A DNA stretch of 46,778 bases from Chitinophagaceae bacterium (GTDB lineage Bacteria; Bacteroidota; Bacteroidia; Chitinophagales; Chitinophagaceae), in assembly GCA_044238505.1 (NCBI GenBank), contig JBIIDB010000001.1, positions 1-46,778 of the forward strand, given 5' to 3'. The notes beneath the pieces are model-generated. The model was not told the DNA's origin, did not search any database, and was given only the letters and a program-made list of their open reading frames with translations. Shown piece after piece: positions 37,282 to 46,267 of this stretch; the first letter of the stretch is position 1; each line of letters starts with the position of its first letter. A program made the position numbers and the translations under genes.

Positions 37282-38607
37282 ATGGGAATCATCAAAGACC
37301 GGTTTAAGGCTAAGGCCGATGCGTTAAGTGTAGAGATCAAAGACCTGTTAAAAGAGCACGGTAACAAAGTGATCGGTGAAGTACAGCTGTCACAAGTGTA
37401 CCAGGGCATGCGGGGCATGACCGGTCTGGTCACCGAAACATCATTGCTCGACGCGCAAGAGGGTATCCGTTTCAGGGGGTATTCCATCCCCGAGTTGCAA
37501 CAGAAATTACCGAAGGCCCCCGGTGGTCAAGAGCCGTTGCCCGAGGGGTTATTCTACCTGATGCTGATCGGAGAGTTGCCCACCGACGAGGAGGCGAACC
37601 ATGTCACCAATATATTGCAACGACGCAGCCACGTGCCTTCGCATGTCTTTGAGGCGATCGATGCACTTCCGCTGCATACACATCCTATGACCATGTTCGT
37701 TGTGGGAGTGATGGCTCTACAGACCGAGAGTTATTTTCAAAAGCGCTACGCAGAAGGTATCAATAAAAAAGAATACTGGGTGCCCACCTTCGATGACAGT
37801 ATTGTACTGCTGTCGAGATTGCCTCGTATCGCTGCCTATATCTATCGTCGCAAGTACAAGAACAGCGATCACATTCAACCTAATGGTTTACTGGATTGGG
37901 CCGGCAATTTCGCCCATATGCTTGGCTATCCCGATGAGAGTTTTCAGGAACTGATGCGTCTGTATATGACTATTCATGCCGATCACGAGGGAGGAAACGT
38001 CTCTGCGCATACGACACATCTGGTGGGATCTGCCCTTAGTGATCCTTACCTTGCTTATGCGGCCGGTATGAACGGACTCGCGGGTCCGTTACACGGATTG
38101 GCCAACCAAGAAGTGATCAAGTGGATCTATGAGATGCAAACCGAGTTGGGAACCGATGCACCTTCGAAAGACCAGATAGCCGAGTATGTTCGCAAGACAC
38201 TCAGCAGTGGCAAGGTGGTGCCCGGGTACGGACATGCCGTATTGCGCAAGACCGATCCCCGATTTACGGCGCAAATGGAATTCGGAAAAAAGCACATGGC
38301 CGACGATAAACTCGTCAACACGGTTTGGAATATCTACGAAGTGGTGCCTCCCATCTTGGGAAGTTTAGGGAAGATCAAAAATCCCTGGCCAAATGTGGAT
38401 GCGCACAGCGGAGCCCTGCTGGTGCATTACGGTATGGTCGAATATGAATTTTACACCGTGCTCTTCGCCGTCAGCCGTGCGTTGGGCGTGCTGGCCAGCC
38501 TTTGCTGGGATCGTGCCCTTGGTTTCCCCATCGAAAGACCCAAATCAGTTACTACCGAACAGGTAAAACGCTGGTTAGAAGGCAACGACCAGATCTGGGG
38601 CGAGTAA
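37282..38607 (+). CDS. gltA: Citrate synthase, eukaryote-like type
   Basis: ETSLLDAQEGIRFRG, HADHEGGNVSAH, LAGPLHGLANQE, GYGHAVLRKTDPR, WPNVDAHSG; TAATTTTG box at 37237-37244. Confidence 0.95.
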   Translation: MGIIKDRFKAKADALSVEIKDLLKEHGNKVIGEVQLSQVYQGMRGMTGLVTETSLLDAQEGIRFRGYSIPELQQKLPKAPGGQEPLPEGLFYLMLIGELPTDEEANHVTNILQRRSHVPSHVFEAIDALPLHTHPMTMFVVGVMALQTESYFQKRYAEGINKKEYWVPTFDDSIVLLSRLPRIAAYIYRRKYKNSDHIQPNGLLDWAGNFAHMLGYPDESFQELMRLYMTIHADHEGGNVSAHTTHLVGSALSDPYLAYAAGMNGLAGPLHGLANQEVIKWIYEMQTELGTDAPSKDQIAEYVRKTLSSGKVVPGYGHAVLRKTDPRFTAQMEFGKKHMADDKLVNTVWNIYEVVPPILGSLGKIKNPWPNVDAHSGALLVHYGMVEYEFYTVLFAVSRALGVLASLCWDRALGFPIERPKSVTTEQVKRWLEGNDQIWGE

Positions 38608-38631
38608 TTTTTACTATATTTGCCACCCCTT

Positions 38632-38708
<77 letters not shown>

Positions 38709-38720
38709 CTACTTTTATTC

Positions 38721-38747
38721 AGCCCCTTGGTAACAAGGGGTTTTTTT
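38721..38747 (+). terminator. Intrinsic terminator after tRNA-Ala
   Basis: CCCCTTG-GTAA-CAAGGGG plus T7. Confidence 0.88.
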
Positions 38748-38778
38748 ATGGCTCCTGCCAACGTGGTACCTTTGTCCT

Positions 38779-38940
38779 ATGAGCGTACTGAAGCAACTGG
38801 CCGAATACCTGTATTTGCGGCCCAAAGATCCGAGTCGTCCCAAGGACAAATGGATCGGTTACATGCACGGCATTAACCGGATCAGCATTTTTATTTTTAT
38901 TTTTTGTCTGGTACTGCTGGCGATCAAACTCATCTTCTAA
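38779..38940 (+). CDS. 53-aa single-TM protein, DUF6728-like (absent from ORF track)
   Basis: MSVLKQLAEYLYLRPKDPSRPKDKWIGYMHGINRISIFIFIFCLVLLAIKLIF; TACCTTTG box 4 nt upstream; family assignment from memory of the MHGINRISI motif. Confidence 0.85.
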   Translation: MSVLKQLAEYLYLRPKDPSRPKDKWIGYMHGINRISIFIFIFCLVLLAIKLIF

Positions 38941-40039
38941 GTTCCGCTGTAATGAGCGAGGCGGCTTGCACCGAGGCGTTGCCGCTTTGGCTGAGCAGCT
39001 GGTGCAACGCTGCGTAGTCTTCTGCTACTTGCTTTCTTTTTCGAGTGTCAACCAGCAGTTCTTGTAAGGCTGCCGTAAGGGAGGCGTTGGTCAGCGCATC
39101 TTGGATCAGCTCCGTTACCACGGCTTTGTTCATGATCAGGTTAACGAGTGAGATATACTGTATATTGACCAGTCGCTTTCCGATTTGATACGATAGCCAA
39201 GATCCCTTGTAGCAGACTACTTGCGGCACGCCAAACAGGGCGGTCTCGAGGGTGGCGGTGCCCGACGTAACCAATGCCGCCTTCGCTTGCTGCAAGAGAC
39301 TATAGGTTTCGTCGTTGACCATACGTACGTTGGGATAGGCCGCCAACAGATCGGTGTAGAAGGCATCAGCAGTGCCGGGCGCTTTGGCCACCACAAATTG
39401 ATGATCCGGAAATGAGCGACTCACCTCTAACATCACCGGTAATTTCTTGGCGATCTCTTGTTGTCGGCTGCCAGGCAGCAGGGCAATAATAGGTTTATCA
39501 GACAGTGGTTCTTTAACCGGTTGTTGTTTAGCGGTATCGATCACTTGTACCAGCGGATGACCTACGTAAGACACCTTCCATTGCCAGCGAGTGGCAAAAA
39601 ATTCTTTTTCAAATGGGAGAATGACCAGTAGTTGATCGATGGTTCGCTTCATCTCTTTGACACGGTTCTCTTTCCAGGCCCATACTTGCGGAGCGATATA
39701 ATAGACCACCCTGATTTTTTGTTGATGGGCCCATTTCGCTATGCGGAGATTGAAGCCGGGATAATCGATGCAGATGAGTACGTCGGGCCGAAACGATCTG
39801 ATATCGTCTTTACAAAAGCGAAGATTACGAAAGATAGTAGGCAAATTCTTGATGACCTCTGCAAAGCCCATGAAGGCCAGTTCACGATAATGTTTTACCA
39901 GGGTGGCGCCGGCTGCCTGCATCTTATCGCCTCCCCAGCAGCGAATGATGGCCTGTTGGTCTTGTTGGCGCAGGGCGGCTATCAAATTGCTTCCATGAAG
40001 ATCGCCGGAGGCCTCGCCCGCTATGATATAATAGCGCAT
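38930..40039 (-). CDS. lpxB: Lipid-A-disaccharide synthase
   Basis: IAGEASGDLHG, IDYPGFN, PQVWAW, VGHPL, LLPGSR, SGTATLE. Confidence 0.97.
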   Translation of the reverse strand: MRYYIIAGEASGDLHGSNLIAALRQQDQQAIIRCWGGDKMQAAGATLVKHYRELAFMGFAEVIKNLPTIFRNLRFCKDDIRSFRPDVLICIDYPGFNLRIAKWAHQQKIRVVYYIAPQVWAWKENRVKEMKRTIDQLLVILPFEKEFFATRWQWKVSYVGHPLVQVIDTAKQQPVKEPLSDKPIIALLPGSRQQEIAKKLPVMLEVSRSFPDHQFVVAKAPGTADAFYTDLLAAYPNVRMVNDETYSLLQQAKAALVTSGTATLETALFGVPQVVCYKGSWLSYQIGKRLVNIQYISLVNLIMNKAVVTELIQDALTNASLTAALQELLVDTRKRKQVAEDYAALHQLLSQSGNASVQAASLITAELRR

Positions 40040-40042
40040 GGG

Positions 40043-40339
40043 TTAATTGAATAGCTTGAGCAACAGAATGCCAATGCCGTAACAAAGCGTAACTATAAAA
40101 ATGCCACGCGCGGTGCGGTCTCTTTCGGTATTGACGTACACGGTGAACAAAAGGGCATTTACCAGTAAGCTGAGCGATCCTATGGAGGTTATGAGTCGAT
40201 TCTCTTGCATAAAGGTTTCGAGGAATTCCCCGAAGGTGTAACTGGGAAATTTCCAGCTATACAAAAAGAGCAGTCCCAACAGAGGGCCCACAAAACCCAA
40301 GGCCAGCCCTAAGCGTTGATCGTCTTTGGTGAATATCAT
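40043..40339 (-). CDS. Small three-TM membrane protein
   Basis: Hydrophobic 98-aa ORF with ATGA overlap on the surE stop, ending 3 nt before lpxB. Confidence 0.8.
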   Translation of the reverse strand: MIFTKDDQRLGLALGFVGPLLGLLFLYSWKFPSYTFGEFLETFMQENRLITSIGSLSLLVNALLFTVYVNTERDRTARGIFIVTLCYGIGILLLKLFN

Positions 40340-41157
40340 AGTTTCCAGCTTTTTGCCAGTTGCTCTTTGTACGGATAATGCGTAAGGTCATACTGTACGG
40401 GTACGACACTCACATAATTGTTGGCCAGCGCCCAGACATCGGTATCTTTTCCTTTGTCGGCATTCACGAATTCTCCGGTCAGCCAGTAATAGTGTTTGCC
40501 ATGCGGATCGTTGCGTTGCACATAGTTCTCATTGTACTTGGCGTAGGCCTGTCTGCAGATCTTGAGTCCGCGGATCAGCTCCGTTTTTTGTGCCGGAATG
40601 TTCACGTTCAACACGGTGTGTCTGCCCAATTTAGTCTGCATCATTTTTTCGACTACCAGACGCGCGTACACGCGAGCGGCGGTAAAGTCAGCTTCAATGC
40701 TGTAATCGAGCAACGAGAATCCCGCCGAGGGAATATCCTCGATGGCCGCTTCTACTGCGGCCGACATGGTGCCTGAATAAATCACATTGATGCTGTGATT
40801 AGCGCCGTGATTGATACCACTGAGGCAGAGGTCGGGTTTACGATGCAGCACTTTATCTACGGCCAGCTTTACGCAGTCGACCGGAGTTCCCGAACAAGCG
40901 TACGAATCGATGCCTTCAAAGTGATGGGTCTTGTGCAACCGAAGCGGTTCTCCGATGGTGATGGCATGGCCCATGCCGGATTGCGGTTTGTCGGGAGCCA
41001 CCACGTAAATATGTCCCAGATCCTTAACCGATTCTACCAGGTTTCGAATGCCGGGGGCACTGATACCGTCATCATTGGTAATGAGAATGACGGGTTTTTC
41101 GTTGGAAACCCGGGCTTTTGAAGGGCGTTGGGCCTTTTTTTTATTGGGGGTACGCAT
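40336..41157 (-). CDS. surE: 5'/3'-nucleotidase SurE
   Basis: ILITNDDG, QSGMG, GTPVDCV, SGINHGAN, YSGT. Confidence 0.97.
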   Translation of the reverse strand: MRTPNKKKAQRPSKARVSNEKPVILITNDDGISAPGIRNLVESVKDLGHIYVVAPDKPQSGMGHAITIGEPLRLHKTHHFEGIDSYACSGTPVDCVKLAVDKVLHRKPDLCLSGINHGANHSINVIYSGTMSAAVEAAIEDIPSAGFSLLDYSIEADFTAARVYARLVVEKMMQTKLGRHTVLNVNIPAQKTELIRGLKICRQAYAKYNENYVQRNDPHGKHYYWLTGEFVNADKGKDTDVWALANNYVSVVPVQYDLTHYPYKEQLAKSWKL

Positions 41158-41201
41158 GGATTGTAAAAGTCCTTGATTTTTGGCTTATCCCAAAATGCCG
41201 G

Positions 41202-41255
41202 CTAAAAAATTTGGAAATTCTAAAAATATTAGTATTTTGCAACTAAATAAATTAG
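41202..41255. promoter_or_regulatory. Three CTAA-N5-TTAG operators (one imperfect) around the repressor promoter
   Basis: CTAAAAAATTTGG 41202-41214; CTAAAAATATTAG 41220-41232; CTAAATAAATTAG 41243-41255; TATTTTGC between boxes 2 and 3. Confidence 0.8.
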
Positions 41256-41261
41256 ACAAGT

Positions 41262-42011
41262 ATGGCACTTTCCAATCAAAATCTGAAGTATCTGCGCAAG
41301 CTCCGCGGCTGGACCCAAGAGGAGTTTGCCATCAAACTCAATATTAAACGATCGCTGCTCGGCGCCTACGAAGAGGAGCGGGCGGAGCCCCGGTTCGAAG
41401 TGCTCGAGGCCGTCTGTGATATTTTCAAATTGACGATGGATGAACTTTTGCGAAAGGACCTCAGCGACAATAAGTCTAACTATCTCGCTAAAAGAAGGTC
41501 GTTAAAAATGAATGCGGGCCCTGCCGAGATCCCCTTTGTGCCGGTAAAAGCCGCGGCGGGATACCTGGCCGGTTATGCCGATCCCGAGTTTATCGACGAG
41601 CTTAACACATTCACGCTTCCGATGCTTACCGGCGGCAATTATCGCGCCTTTGAGATCATCGGCGACTCGATGCTCCCAACGCCCAGTGGTTCGGTCATCG
41701 TGGGCGAGAAAGTAAACGATCTCGAGGAGGTGAAGCATAATACCCCCTGCATCGTTATTTCCAGAAATGAGGGCATTGTGTACAAACGAGTACAGAAAAG
41801 TACCAAGCAGCGGGATAAGCTCACGCTGGTCAGCGACAATCCGATCTTTCATCCTTATACGGTAAATACCGACGAGGTATTGGAGATGTGGCAGGCGCAG
41901 GTCGTCATTTCAAAAGCCAATACACAACATCGATGGGATATGAACCAGCTGGCCAATGTGGTTTCTGACTTGCAGCAGCAGGTCACCTCGCTAAAGAAGA
42001 AAATCAATTAG
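41262..42011 (+). CDS. lexA: XRE-HTH plus S24 peptidase self-cleaving repressor (non-canonical Bacteroidota LexA)
   Basis: HTH (TQEEFA...YEEERAEP), AAAG cleavage site, GDSM (Ser), VYKR (Lys); palindromic operators upstream. Confidence 0.75.
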   Translation: MALSNQNLKYLRKLRGWTQEEFAIKLNIKRSLLGAYEEERAEPRFEVLEAVCDIFKLTMDELLRKDLSDNKSNYLAKRRSLKMNAGPAEIPFVPVKAAAGYLAGYADPEFIDELNTFTLPMLTGGNYRAFEIIGDSMLPTPSGSVIVGEKVNDLEEVKHNTPCIVISRNEGIVYKRVQKSTKQRDKLTLVSDNPIFHPYTVNTDEVLEMWQAQVVISKANTQHRWDMNQLANVVSDLQQQVTSLKKKIN

Positions 42012-43215
42012 CCGATTTTAAAAACCCATCCTGCCATTTTAGGTAGAAAAGTTTTTTGTTCTCGTAGTATTGAATAACGCCGGGCTGTGCAGCAAATAGG
42101 GTGGGTTGAATATCCGTTTCGCGAAACAGCGCAAACTCTTTACTGCCCAGATGAAGCGTGAACTCTTTTCGATAGCGGAGAAGCAATTTCGAAAAACGCC
42201 AAATGGCTTCATAGCCCCTTAACACCATATCACTGGGGCGGGCATACAGCTGGCTCCCGAAGAAGGCCTCGATAGACTGACTCAGGCTATCGGTGCGTGG
42301 CGCATAAAACGGGGTGCAGAAGATAAGGTCGGCACCGCGGTACTCGGTTCTTGCAAATTCCTTGATGCCGTCCCAGGTGGGCATTCCCATTACTGTCAGC
42401 TTGTAACGTTGTTTAGCCAAGCCAACCAGTTGCTGGCTGATACGTTTTCCAAAATTCTCGTCTACGCTGCCTACCCAGCACACCGTAGCTTTAAGGGTGT
42501 CGAGCCAGGGGGTAAGTTGCTGCGCTGTAAAGCTGTCGGTCAGCTCCACAAACTTTATCGGAGGCGGTGTACCTCCTCTTTTTCGAGCGGCTTCTTCGAT
42601 GTAAGTACGGATTCTGTTTTCGAGTGCTCCTTTTTTTTGAAAGACGACCAACTGTTGTTTCGAAAATCGGGTACGGATGTATGTATAGATACTCTGGCAT
42701 TGCGAGGGGAGCGTAGAATTGAGTAATACCAAATACGGATTTTGCAATACGCCTCCATCGTTGGGCAGGTTGATGTTTACAACGGGAACCTTTCTTTCTT
42801 TTCCTGCGGCGGCAAAAAGTTTTAATTCGGATGCGGAGCAATACGTGACGATCAGGTCGACTCCTTGGCAAGCGGGGCTGCCAAGTTGTTCGGCAATGGT
42901 TTTATCGGCGGCTTTATTATCGAATGCGATGAGCTCGATGGCGGCCCCTTCTTTTCGTAGCGAGTCGAGTGCCAGCAGCGCGCCTTCATAGAACTCCAGA
43001 CCCGGCACTATGAATTTTGGAAATTGTTTGGGGCTATAGCGGTACTCGTTGTTTTTATCGAACGCCGAATCGAGGTAAAGGGGGGCAAACAGTGCGATCT
43101 TGATTTTTTTTTCAGGGACAGCCGGCAATTGGGCTTCGGCCAGACACGGAACGGCAATGATCCCACTCCACATAACGATCAAGAAGATCCAACTTCTTCT
43201 CATAGCGAAAAGCAT
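42004..43215 (-). CDS. Exported protein with a type-1 periplasmic-binding-protein-like fold
   Basis: Signal peptide; KIALFAPL, EFYEGALLALDSL, RGYE; ATG overlaps the guaA stop (alternative ATG at 43203). Confidence 0.7.
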   Translation of the reverse strand: MLFAMRRSWIFLIVMWSGIIAVPCLAEAQLPAVPEKKIKIALFAPLYLDSAFDKNNEYRYSPKQFPKFIVPGLEFYEGALLALDSLRKEGAAIELIAFDNKAADKTIAEQLGSPACQGVDLIVTYCSASELKLFAAAGKERKVPVVNINLPNDGGVLQNPYLVLLNSTLPSQCQSIYTYIRTRFSKQQLVVFQKKGALENRIRTYIEEAARKRGGTPPPIKFVELTDSFTAQQLTPWLDTLKATVCWVGSVDENFGKRISQQLVGLAKQRYKLTVMGMPTWDGIKEFARTEYRGADLIFCTPFYAPRTDSLSQSIEAFFGSQLYARPSDMVLRGYEAIWRFSKLLLRYRKEFTLHLGSKEFALFRETDIQPTLFAAQPGVIQYYENKKLFYLKWQDGFLKSAN

Positions 43216-44750
43216 TATTCCCACTCGATGGTGGCCGGAGGCTTACTGCTGATATCATACACGACACGATTGATGCCACGTACCTGGTTGATGATATCAT
43301 TAGACAGATCGGCTAAAAAAGAATACGGTAGATGGGCCCAGTCTGCGGTCATACCATCGACACTGGTCACAGCCCGCAGGGCCACCGTGTATTCGTATGT
43401 GCGCTCATCTCCCATCACACCAACTGTTTTAACAGGGAGCAAAATAGCGCCTGCTTGCCAAACCGATGTGTAAAGTCCTTTTTCTTTGAGCGATCGAATA
43501 AAAATAGCATCGGCTTCTTGCAACAACTTTACGCGTTCGGCTGTCACTTCGCCGAGTATGCGAATGGCCAGGCCCGGGCCCGGGAACGGATGTCTTCCGA
43601 TCATCTCGGCCGGAATACCCAGCTCAAGTCCGATTTTTCTGACTTCGTCTTTGAACAATAAGCGCAGCGGCTCCACCAACTCCAGATGCAAGTGTGCAGG
43701 TAGGCCTCCCACGTTATGATGCGATTTGATGGTCACCGACGGACCATGTACCGAAACGCTCTCGATTACATCGGGATAGATGGTGCCTTGCCCCAGCAGT
43801 TCAAAACCGCTTAGTTTTTTTGCCTCTTCTTGAAATACATCAATAAAAAGCGAACCAATGGCTTTTCTTTTTTGCTCCGGATCGGTTTTGCCGGCCAGCG
43901 CCGAATAAAAACGTTCACGCGCATCAATGCCTGTCACCTTCAACCCGATTTCCCGGTATGATTGCAGCACGTTGTCGAATTCGTCTTTGCGCAGCACTCC
44001 GTTGTCGACAAAAATACCTACAAGCTGATCGCCGATGGCCCGGTGGATCAGGGTAGCCGCTACGGTGGAATCCACCCCGCCGCTGAGGGCCATAATAACT
44101 TTTCGTTGACCGATCTGCCGTTGCAGCGCTGCCACGCTATCGGTAATAAAATGGGCGGCGGTCCAGTCTTGAGTACAACCGCAAATACCGATCAAAAAAT
44201 TCTTGAGCAGTAATTTTCCTTGTGTCGAATGATAAACTTCGGGATGAAACTGCACCCCATACAAGGGCTTTGTTTCGGCACTTGTTTTTTTGAAGGCCGC
44301 GACCGGAATACTCTCGGTGGTGGCCAGCAATTCGAAAGTCTCGGGGAGGATCTTGATAGAATCGCTATGGCTCATCCAAACCTGGGTGGTCTTGTCGAGC
44401 CCTTTCAGAAAGGCATCCTCGCTTTCGATGAGCAGTTGCGCCCTGCCATACTCTCTTTTATCACTTTTGGCTACGGTTCCGCCAAAACACTTGGCCGTTA
44501 ACTGTGCTCCGTAGCAGATGCCCAGTACGGGTACATGCTTGATAAGCCCCTCGATGTCGAGCGACGGAGCATTCGTTTCATTGACCGAAAAGGGAGAGCC
44601 CGACAAAATGATTCCTTTAAGGGAGGCGTCGAAGCTAATCGGTTTATTGTACGGGGTAATCTCGCAGTAGACGTTTAATTCTCGAATGGCGCGGGCAATC
44701 AATTGAGTGTATTGCGATCCAAAATCGAGGATCAGAATCTTCTCTGTCAT
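43215..44750 (-). CDS. guaA: GMP synthase
   Basis: [42 protein letters not shown]. Confidence 0.98.
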   Translation of the reverse strand: MTEKILILDFGSQYTQLIARAIRELNVYCEITPYNKPISFDASLKGIILSGSPFSVNETNAPSLDIEGLIKHVPVLGICYGAQLTAKCFGGTVAKSDKREYGRAQLLIESEDAFLKGLDKTTQVWMSHSDSIKILPETFELLATTESIPVAAFKKTSAETKPLYGVQFHPEVYHSTQGKLLLKNFLIGICGCTQDWTAAHFITDSVAALQRQIGQRKVIMALSGGVDSTVAATLIHRAIGDQLVGIFVDNGVLRKDEFDNVLQSYREIGLKVTGIDARERFYSALAGKTDPEQKRKAIGSLFIDVFQEEAKKLSGFELLGQGTIYPDVIESVSVHGPSVTIKSHHNVGGLPAHLHLELVEPLRLLFKDEVRKIGLELGIPAEMIGRHPFPGPGLAIRILGEVTAERVKLLQEADAIFIRSLKEKGLYTSVWQAGAILLPVKTVGVMGDERTYEYTVALRAVTSVDGMTADWAHLPYSFLADLSNDIINQVRGINRVVYDISSKPPATIEWE

Positions 44751-44767
44751 GGTGAGGCGAAGGTAAC

Positions 44768-44799
44768 AAAAAAAAGTCCGGCCTCTGGGAGACCGGACT
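44768..44799 (-). terminator. Intrinsic terminator after the RRM gene
   Basis: AGTCCGGTCTC-CCA-GAGGCCGGACT plus T tract. Confidence 0.88.
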
Positions 44800-44840
44800 G
44801 CAGCTTTTATTGAATGAGTAGCGGTGCTGGACCGCTTGCA

Positions 44841-45230
44841 TTAAAAATCGCCGTTGTTGAAACTCTCGCGGTTGTATCCACCGCCGTTTCCGCCGCGATA
44901 GCCACCGCCACCGCCGTTACCACCACGGTAACCGCCGCCGCCGCCGCCAAAGTTGCGCTTTTTGTAACCGCCGCCGCCGCCGCCTTCGGGCTTGGGACGA
45001 CTTTCGTTAACGACCACATTGCGGCCGTCAACTTCTGTGCCATTAAGGGCTGCGATGGCAGCTTGAGCTTGGTCGTCGTTAGGCATTTCCACAAAGCCGA
45101 AACCTTTGCTGCGGCCAGTGAATTTGTCTGTAACGATTTTAGCAGAGGCTACGTCGCCATGCGATGCAAACAGATTGAGCAGATCCTGATCTTTAAGGTT
45201 CCAGCTCAGATTTCCTACGTAAATGTTCAT
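44841..45230 (-). CDS. RRM RNA-binding protein with Gly/Arg/Tyr-rich tail
   Basis: RNP2 IYVGNL, RNP1 KGFGFVEM, GGGGGY(R/K) repeats. Confidence 0.95.
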   Translation of the reverse strand: MNIYVGNLSWNLKDQDLLNLFASHGDVASAKIVTDKFTGRSKGFGFVEMPNDDQAQAAIAALNGTEVDGRNVVVNESRPKPEGGGGGGYKKRNFGGGGGGYRGGNGGGGGYRGGNGGGYNRESFNNGDF

Positions 45231-45437
45231 TTTAATACGTTTTTAAACAATAAACAGTGTCAACAGTAAACAGTACCATAAGAACATTCTACGTTGTGAC
45301 GAATCGTTCCGGACATGCAAAACTGAAAGAGCACCAATAGCTGGGCAAGATAGCGATAAATTTTAATTCTGGGGATAAATTGTTGAAGAATGCCGAAAAA
45401 AATAGACTAAATTGTTGATCAACAGTAGGCTATCTAT

Positions 45438-45464
45438 AAAAAAAGCCCTCCGTCGGGAGGGCTT
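45438..45464 (-). terminator. Intrinsic terminator after rplI
   Basis: AAGCCCTCC-CGAC-GGAGGGCTT plus T tract. Confidence 0.88.
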
Positions 45465-45487
45465 ACTTCATACTAAACAGTAATAAA

Positions 45488-45934
45488 TTATTCTGCGATC
45501 ACGTCAAAGTCAACCTCGGCGGTCTTTCCATTCCCAAAATCGATCTGGGCTTTGTAGCTGCCCAGTTCTTTCAGTTCTTCGGGTAAGCTGATTTTTTTGC
45601 GATCGATTTCGAATCCTTTTTGCTCGCGGATAGCGCGGGTCATTTGCAGCGAAGTGATGCTTCCAAAGATCTTGCCACTGGTGCCTGTCTTGGCAGTCAG
45701 TTTTACAGGACCTTCACTGAGTTTAGCGATGACGCTGTTGATCTGGGCCAGCATCTGCTCTTCTTTTTTACGGACCTGCTTGAGACGCTCTTGCAATTGT
45801 TTGTTATTGCTGGGGCTGTTCTCTACGGCCAGTTTGCGAGGTAATAAGAAGTTGCGCGCGTAACCGTTCTTTACTTTGACCACTTCGTTGGCGGCCCCCA
45901 GGTTATCTACGTCTTGAATTAAAATGATTTCCAT
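45488..45934 (-). CDS. rplI: 50S ribosomal protein bL9 (start moved to ATG 45934)
   Basis: MEIILIQDVDNLG...VKNGYARNFLLP, KIFGSIT. Confidence 0.97.
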   Translation of the reverse strand: MEIILIQDVDNLGAANEVVKVKNGYARNFLLPRKLAVENSPSNNKQLQERLKQVRKKEEQMLAQINSVIAKLSEGPVKLTAKTGTSGKIFGSITSLQMTRAIREQKGFEIDRKKISLPEELKELGSYKAQIDFGNGKTAEVDFDVIAE

Positions 45935-45999
45935 GTTGTTTCTTTTGTTCACCGACCCAGCCTTACAGGCTGTCTTCCGGAGTAGGAGTTAGGGTGAGG

Positions 46000-46263
46000 T
46001 TATTTTAAAAGATCAGTTACATAAGGCAGCAGCGCCATCTGGCGGGCTTTCTTGACCGCATCAGAAACTTTACGCTGAAATTTAAGGCTGTTTCCGCTTA
46101 AGCGACGGGGGAGCAGTTTACCTTGCTCGTTGAGAAACTTCTTGAGAAACTCAACGTCCTTGTAATCGATGTAACGGATACCATATTTCTTGAAACGGCA
46201 AAACTTCTTAACGCGTTTGTCCGATTTGATGGCCGTCAGGTATTTGATTTCGTTCTTTGCCAT
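46000..46263 (-). CDS. rpsR: 30S ribosomal protein bS18 (lacks the full Zn-Cys set)
   Basis: [22 protein letters not shown]. Confidence 0.98.
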   Translation of the reverse strand: MAKNEIKYLTAIKSDKRVKKFCRFKKYGIRYIDYKDVEFLKKFLNEQGKLLPRRLSGNSLKFQRKVSDAVKKARQMALLPYVTDLLK

Positions 46264-46267
46264 GGTA

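Noticed and set aside
41262-42011. Prophage CI repressor
   Set aside because: No cro, integrase or structural genes; flanked by core genes
44880-44985. CCG/GGC trinucleotide runs
   Set aside because: They encode the Gly-rich tail of the RRM protein
45231-45487. Replication origin
   Set aside because: Only degenerate DnaA-like boxes and no clear unwinding element; the region is explained by a terminator, promoter and UTR
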